Source: Promethearchaeota archaeon
GTDB lineage: Archaea; Asgardarchaeota; Heimdallarchaeia; Hodarchaeales; Hodarchaeaceae
Length of the DNA: 64,000 nt
NCBI GenBank assembly: GCA_048938105.1
Contig: JBHLMN010000012.1
Span: forward strand, 141,158-205,157
Direction of reading: 5' to 3'
Shown here piece after piece: positions 60,926 through 64,000 of this stretch. The notes below the pieces were generated by a model. That model did no database searches. It was not told where the DNA came from and saw only the letters and a list, made by a program, of their open reading frames with translations. The stretch's first letter is position 1, and the number at the start of each line of letters is the position of its first letter. A program made the translations under genes and the position numbers.

Positions 60926-61453
60926 TCACCACTTCTTATTTGCATATTTTTTGGTAATTTTGTGAGCCTTTTTAATGAAATTCTTCCTGTTGCTCAAATA
61001 TTCTTGAGCTGCCTTTTTGTTGAATACATCATGAGGATTTGTATAAGCCGTATCAACATTAAACATAGCAAGGATGGAATAGATTATTGTACCAATGTTT
61101 TTTGATGGAGACCAACCATCTGGTCTTCCAATTAGATCAGGGTCAACAAGCGCTAAGCAAATATTCCGTTTTCCCTTATATTCATCAGGTTTCGGCCAAA
61201 AGTTCGGATGCCAGATGGGTGTATGTAAACGAACAAAAGGGGGAGAATAGGGATAATTTGGGCCAAATTTTATTTCTAATTTGAATTTTCCTTTCTCGTA
61301 CGGAGTTCCTTTAGGCCCCTCAAGAAGGACTGCAAGGTGCTCTACCGATTTTTTCCCGCCTGGGAATGCTTTTAGTTGTTTGATGGTTTTTTGCTTATAT
61401 AACTTCTTTAATTGATTATAATCATCAGCAATCCTTTTAATGCGTATTGACAT
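60926..61453 (-). CDS. Ubiquitin-conjugating enzyme E2
   Basis: GPKGTPYEKGKF, YPYSPP, WHPN...ICL, WSPS, N..AA. Confidence 0.93.
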   Translation of the reverse strand: MSIRIKRIADDYNQLKKLYKQKTIKQLKAFPGGKKSVEHLAVLLEGPKGTPYEKGKFKLEIKFGPNYPYSPPFVRLHTPIWHPNFWPKPDEYKGKRNICLALVDPDLIGRPDGWSPSKNIGTIIYSILAMFNVDTAYTNPHDVFNKKAAQEYLSNRKNFIKKAHKITKKYANKKW

Positions 61454-61469
61454 GTAAGTGCACCTCTTT

Positions 61470-62720
61470 TTAGTTAATTTTTAGTGTTAAATAGATCTGA
61501 GTACCATCCTCAAACCCTGTGATTAAAATTGTCTCGTGGTTTCGAATTTTAGCCTCAAAAAGGCTTAAGTTCCAATCAACCTCACTAACCTCTGAAGAGT
61601 CAATACGAAAGACACTCGGAGGGAATTCTGGGTCGATTTGGAGTTTTTTTCCTTGAGCTAATTTCGTAATGATTTTCTTCAATTGAAATTTTGATTTTAC
61701 CTTTATTTTGTAAAGAGGGGTACGAGTATTACCACACATGGTACAATCTGGATTCCGTGGTTTTTCCATCTCATAGAATTTTCCAGTTAGTCCATTATAA
61801 ATTACATAATTAAGTTGAAGAGAACCTAATTTCTTTTCATTTTCGGGAGTGTGTAGATGGTGAAGGATTTTCACAGCTTCTTGAGATTGTAATGAGGCCA
61901 TTACGCAATTAATGGTGATTACAGTAGCTTCATGATTATCAACTATTTGAATAACCTGATCTGTCGAGAATGGTTGAGATACTGGAAAATGGACTTTAAG
62001 TAAGGTATTTGCGTGTTCCTTAACTTCATTGATTTCATTCGGTTTCAATATATCAACTGGCCGGCCATGATTCTGTTCAAATTGTAGTTGCCCTTTTAAT
62101 ATACAATGTGCAGGTTTACGTGGCACACCAACTAATGTACAAGCTCCTAACTGATCTTGTTCGCGTTCTGTTAATGGATCGCATTCTAAACAAGCGTTAC
62201 TGAAAGGAAAAACGCAGTAGACGTGGCCATTATAAGCTGCTGTTCCTGCATCAATTAAAGGTTTATGATTGTGAACAGCTCTTCGATTTAGTTCCGATCG
62301 GGCCTCAATTGAGTCTAAACCTGCGATATAGAGATCCGCTTCATGATAGAGATGGGGTGGAAGGTCTTGCAGAGCACAATTATATGCTTCAACTGTAATA
62401 AAAGGATTCATTTCTTGAAGTCGTTTAGCAGCGAATTTCGCCTTAGAAATTCCTTCTGATGCTCCAATAAATAGTATTTGTCGGTTAAGATTGGAATATT
62501 CGACCGTATCAAGATCCACTAAGATTAATTTTCCAACACTGACCATTGCTAAATTTTTCGCAACTTCTACGCCAAGTCCACCAATCCCAGCAATTAGAAT
62601 AGTACTTTCTTTTAATGTTTCTTGTCGCCATCCTGGGAGGCGAAATTGGCGATCAAAACGTCGCTTTTCTTCGTCAGTAAATTTTCCACTCGTGAAATCT
62701 GATACACTTGACATTTTCAC
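61470..62720 (-). CDS. Ubiquitin-like activating enzyme E1 (Uba2/Uba3-type catalytic-Cys insert)
   Basis: RFDRQ, GIGGLG, DLDTVEYSNLNRQ, CLEC and CTMC zinc pairs, GACTLVGVPRKPAHCI catalytic motif, C-terminal UFD-like segment. Confidence 0.92.
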   Translation of the reverse strand: MKMSSVSDFTSGKFTDEEKRRFDRQFRLPGWRQETLKESTILIAGIGGLGVEVAKNLAMVSVGKLILVDLDTVEYSNLNRQILFIGASEGISKAKFAAKRLQEMNPFITVEAYNCALQDLPPHLYHEADLYIAGLDSIEARSELNRRAVHNHKPLIDAGTAAYNGHVYCVFPFSNACLECDPLTEREQDQLGACTLVGVPRKPAHCILKGQLQFEQNHGRPVDILKPNEINEVKEHANTLLKVHFPVSQPFSTDQVIQIVDNHEATVITINCVMASLQSQEAVKILHHLHTPENEKKLGSLQLNYVIYNGLTGKFYEMEKPRNPDCTMCGNTRTPLYKIKVKSKFQLKKIITKLAQGKKLQIDPEFPPSVFRIDSSEVSEVDWNLSLFEAKIRNHETILITGFEDGTQIYLTLKIN

Positions 62721-62735
62721 TCAACTTCAATATCT

Positions 62736-63074
62736 CTATCCAGCTGTTGAAACAGGGATGATCAAGCACTCTAAACCATTCTCAATATCATAATTAGATA
62801 ACACATCATCTCTATCTAGGGTACGACCACTGATAGAGATGTGAAAATCCTGTGGATCAAGACCGAAAATTCCTCCAAGTGTTTCTTTTAATTCTGAAAC
62901 GCCCATTTCAGGATCAACTGTGAGTTTTTCTAGCTTTTCACCTGGACCTATTGTCGATCTAAAGAACAGTGTTATATGGGTTCCACTAGGTACTTTAGTT
63001 CTCATTTGTGTTTCTACGATCTCTTCTTCTTCTTCTTCGATTTCCAATTCATCAAAATCCTCATTTTCAGACAT
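62736..63074 (-). CDS. Ubiquitin-like protein 2 (acidic N-tail, C-terminus STAG)
   Basis: Beta-grasp pattern VSELKETL...SGRTLD...LSNYDI.NG; ATG at 63074 with GGAGG 8 nt upstream; terminal Gly then TAG. Confidence 0.88.
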   Translation of the reverse strand: MSENEDFDELEIEEEEEEIVETQMRTKVPSGTHITLFFRSTIGPGEKLEKLTVDPEMGVSELKETLGGIFGLDPQDFHISISGRTLDRDDVLSNYDIENGLECLIIPVSTAG

Positions 63075-63250
63075 TGAATAATCCTCCATTCCAATTTCTT
63101 CTGTTGGAAGCATTTTAGTACATTTAATGTAGTAAAAAAGCTTTATAGGACGGTTTTTTACTGGTAAATAAATATCTGTTTCAATCATTTTAATTATTCC
63201 TAATTAATGTATGATTTCATTTTCAAGGAATTTTGAAAGTAGAAATCGTG

Positions 63251-63454
63251 CTAGACATAAATTTCATTGGGGGAAATAGCTTCAAGGGACTGAAGAATCC
63301 AAAGATTTGCCCGTATATAATAATCGATTGACGAGATAATAATGTCTAGATCATTTCTAGACCCTTGGTGTATTTTTTGATTCTTCTTTACCTTTTCACG
63401 TTCATACATTGCATTAACTATTGACTTGACGAGACTCTCATTTATAGCTGTCAT
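63251..63454 (-). CDS. Small 67-aa hypothetical protein between the two Ubl genes
   Basis: MTAINESLVKSIV...; ATG at 63454 preceded by AGAGGGG. Confidence 0.45.
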   Translation of the reverse strand: MTAINESLVKSIVNAMYEREKVKKNQKIHQGSRNDLDIIISSIDYYIRANLWILQSLEAISPNEIYV

Positions 63455-63532
63455 TCGATAACCCCTCTTAGGAAATGAGAAAGAAAGGATGAGAATTTTC
63501 TCTCTGTTTAAAAACATGAGAAAGAAAATCGT

Positions 63533-63880
63533 TCATCCTGCTGTACTGTGGGGAATCAAAAGAATTTCGTCACCATTATCGATTCCATAGTCACCAATTG
63601 GAGCTGACTCATCTAAAGTGCGACCAGCGTGGCTTAAGTGGAAATCATTGGGATTCAAGCCAAATATATTGGCTAAGGTGTCTCTGACATCTCTAACTGG
63701 TGTATTTTCACCTACACTGAGTTTTTCGGTTCGTTCAGGTCCAACGGTAGATTTAAAAAATACATTCTTTTTTGGTCCTGAAGCAATGCCTGATACTGGG
63801 GTTTTAGATTGTGTAGGGGTTTTAGATTGGATTGTTGTCTGTTCTTCTACATCGAAGTCTAAATCTTCAAAATCACTCAT
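63533..63880 (-). CDS. Ubiquitin-like protein 1 (acidic N-tail, C-terminus STAG)
   Basis: PVRDVRDTL...HAGRTLD...IGDYGIDNGD.ILLI; terminal Gly then TGA. Confidence 0.88.
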   Translation of the reverse strand: MSDFEDLDFDVEEQTTIQSKTPTQSKTPVSGIASGPKKNVFFKSTVGPERTEKLSVGENTPVRDVRDTLANIFGLNPNDFHLSHAGRTLDESAPIGDYGIDNGDEILLIPHSTAG

Positions 63881-64000
63881 TTTTTATCACTTTTTTTCTT
63901 TTTTCGTGAGTTTTTTCAATATAAGAAACTCATGTAATATACGTACCACATGCACTATTTAAAGCTTACGAAATACCCGTAACACCCGAAACCTATATAA

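Noticed and set aside
63075-63188. ORF-track N-terminal extension of Ubl2
   Set aside because: ATG at 63074 has a GGAGG site and gives an N-terminus matching Ubl1; the extension looks like intergenic sequence.
61470-63880. Interpretation as a ThiF/MoeB-ThiS/SAMP sulfur-transfer cluster
   Set aside because: The E1 has a Uba2/3-type catalytic-Cys insert, and E2, RING and JAMM genes are adjacent with no cofactor-biosynthesis genes.
1-64000. tRNA, rRNA, CRISPR arrays, transposases or integrases
   Set aside because: None recognised by eye; a tRNAscan/Infernal run would be needed to exclude small RNAs.

Overview
AT-rich prokaryotic DNA, almost certainly from an Asgard archaeon. Heimdallarchaeia/Hodarchaeales-like is my inference, from two Rab-like GTPases, a ubiquitin-like conjugation operon, an LRR remnant and (S/T)PG-hydrophobic-basic C-terminal anchors. 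Two loci stand out. (1) 57.5-63.9 kb, minus strand: a compact ubiquitin-like modification operon. It encodes two paralogous Ubls that end in -STAG rather than GG and carry acidic N-terminal tails, then an E1, an E2, a JAMM/MPN+ isopeptidase, a ~6-TM membrane-anchored RING protein, an overlapping ~6-TM partner and a Lys/Pro-rich disordered protein. This is a candidate membrane-associated (ERAD-like in architecture) modifier system. (2) 4.6-16.6 kb: a light/carotenoid island with a CarH-type B12 photoreceptor built on a winged-HTH, crtB, crtI, a fused lycopene cyclase, staygreen, heliorhodopsin, a TspO-like protein and DUF1295. The rest is accessory: three regulator/ABC-exporter modules with visible operators, CPBP proteases, methyltransferases, an Fpg/Nei homolog lacking catalytic residues, a ribokinase/ADP-ribosylglycohydrolase pair and surface proteins. 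A CCGACAA..TCT motif recurs upstream of both GTPases and two other genes. I saw no rRNA, tRNA, CRISPR array or transposase. All assignments come from motif reading by eye, with no database searches.
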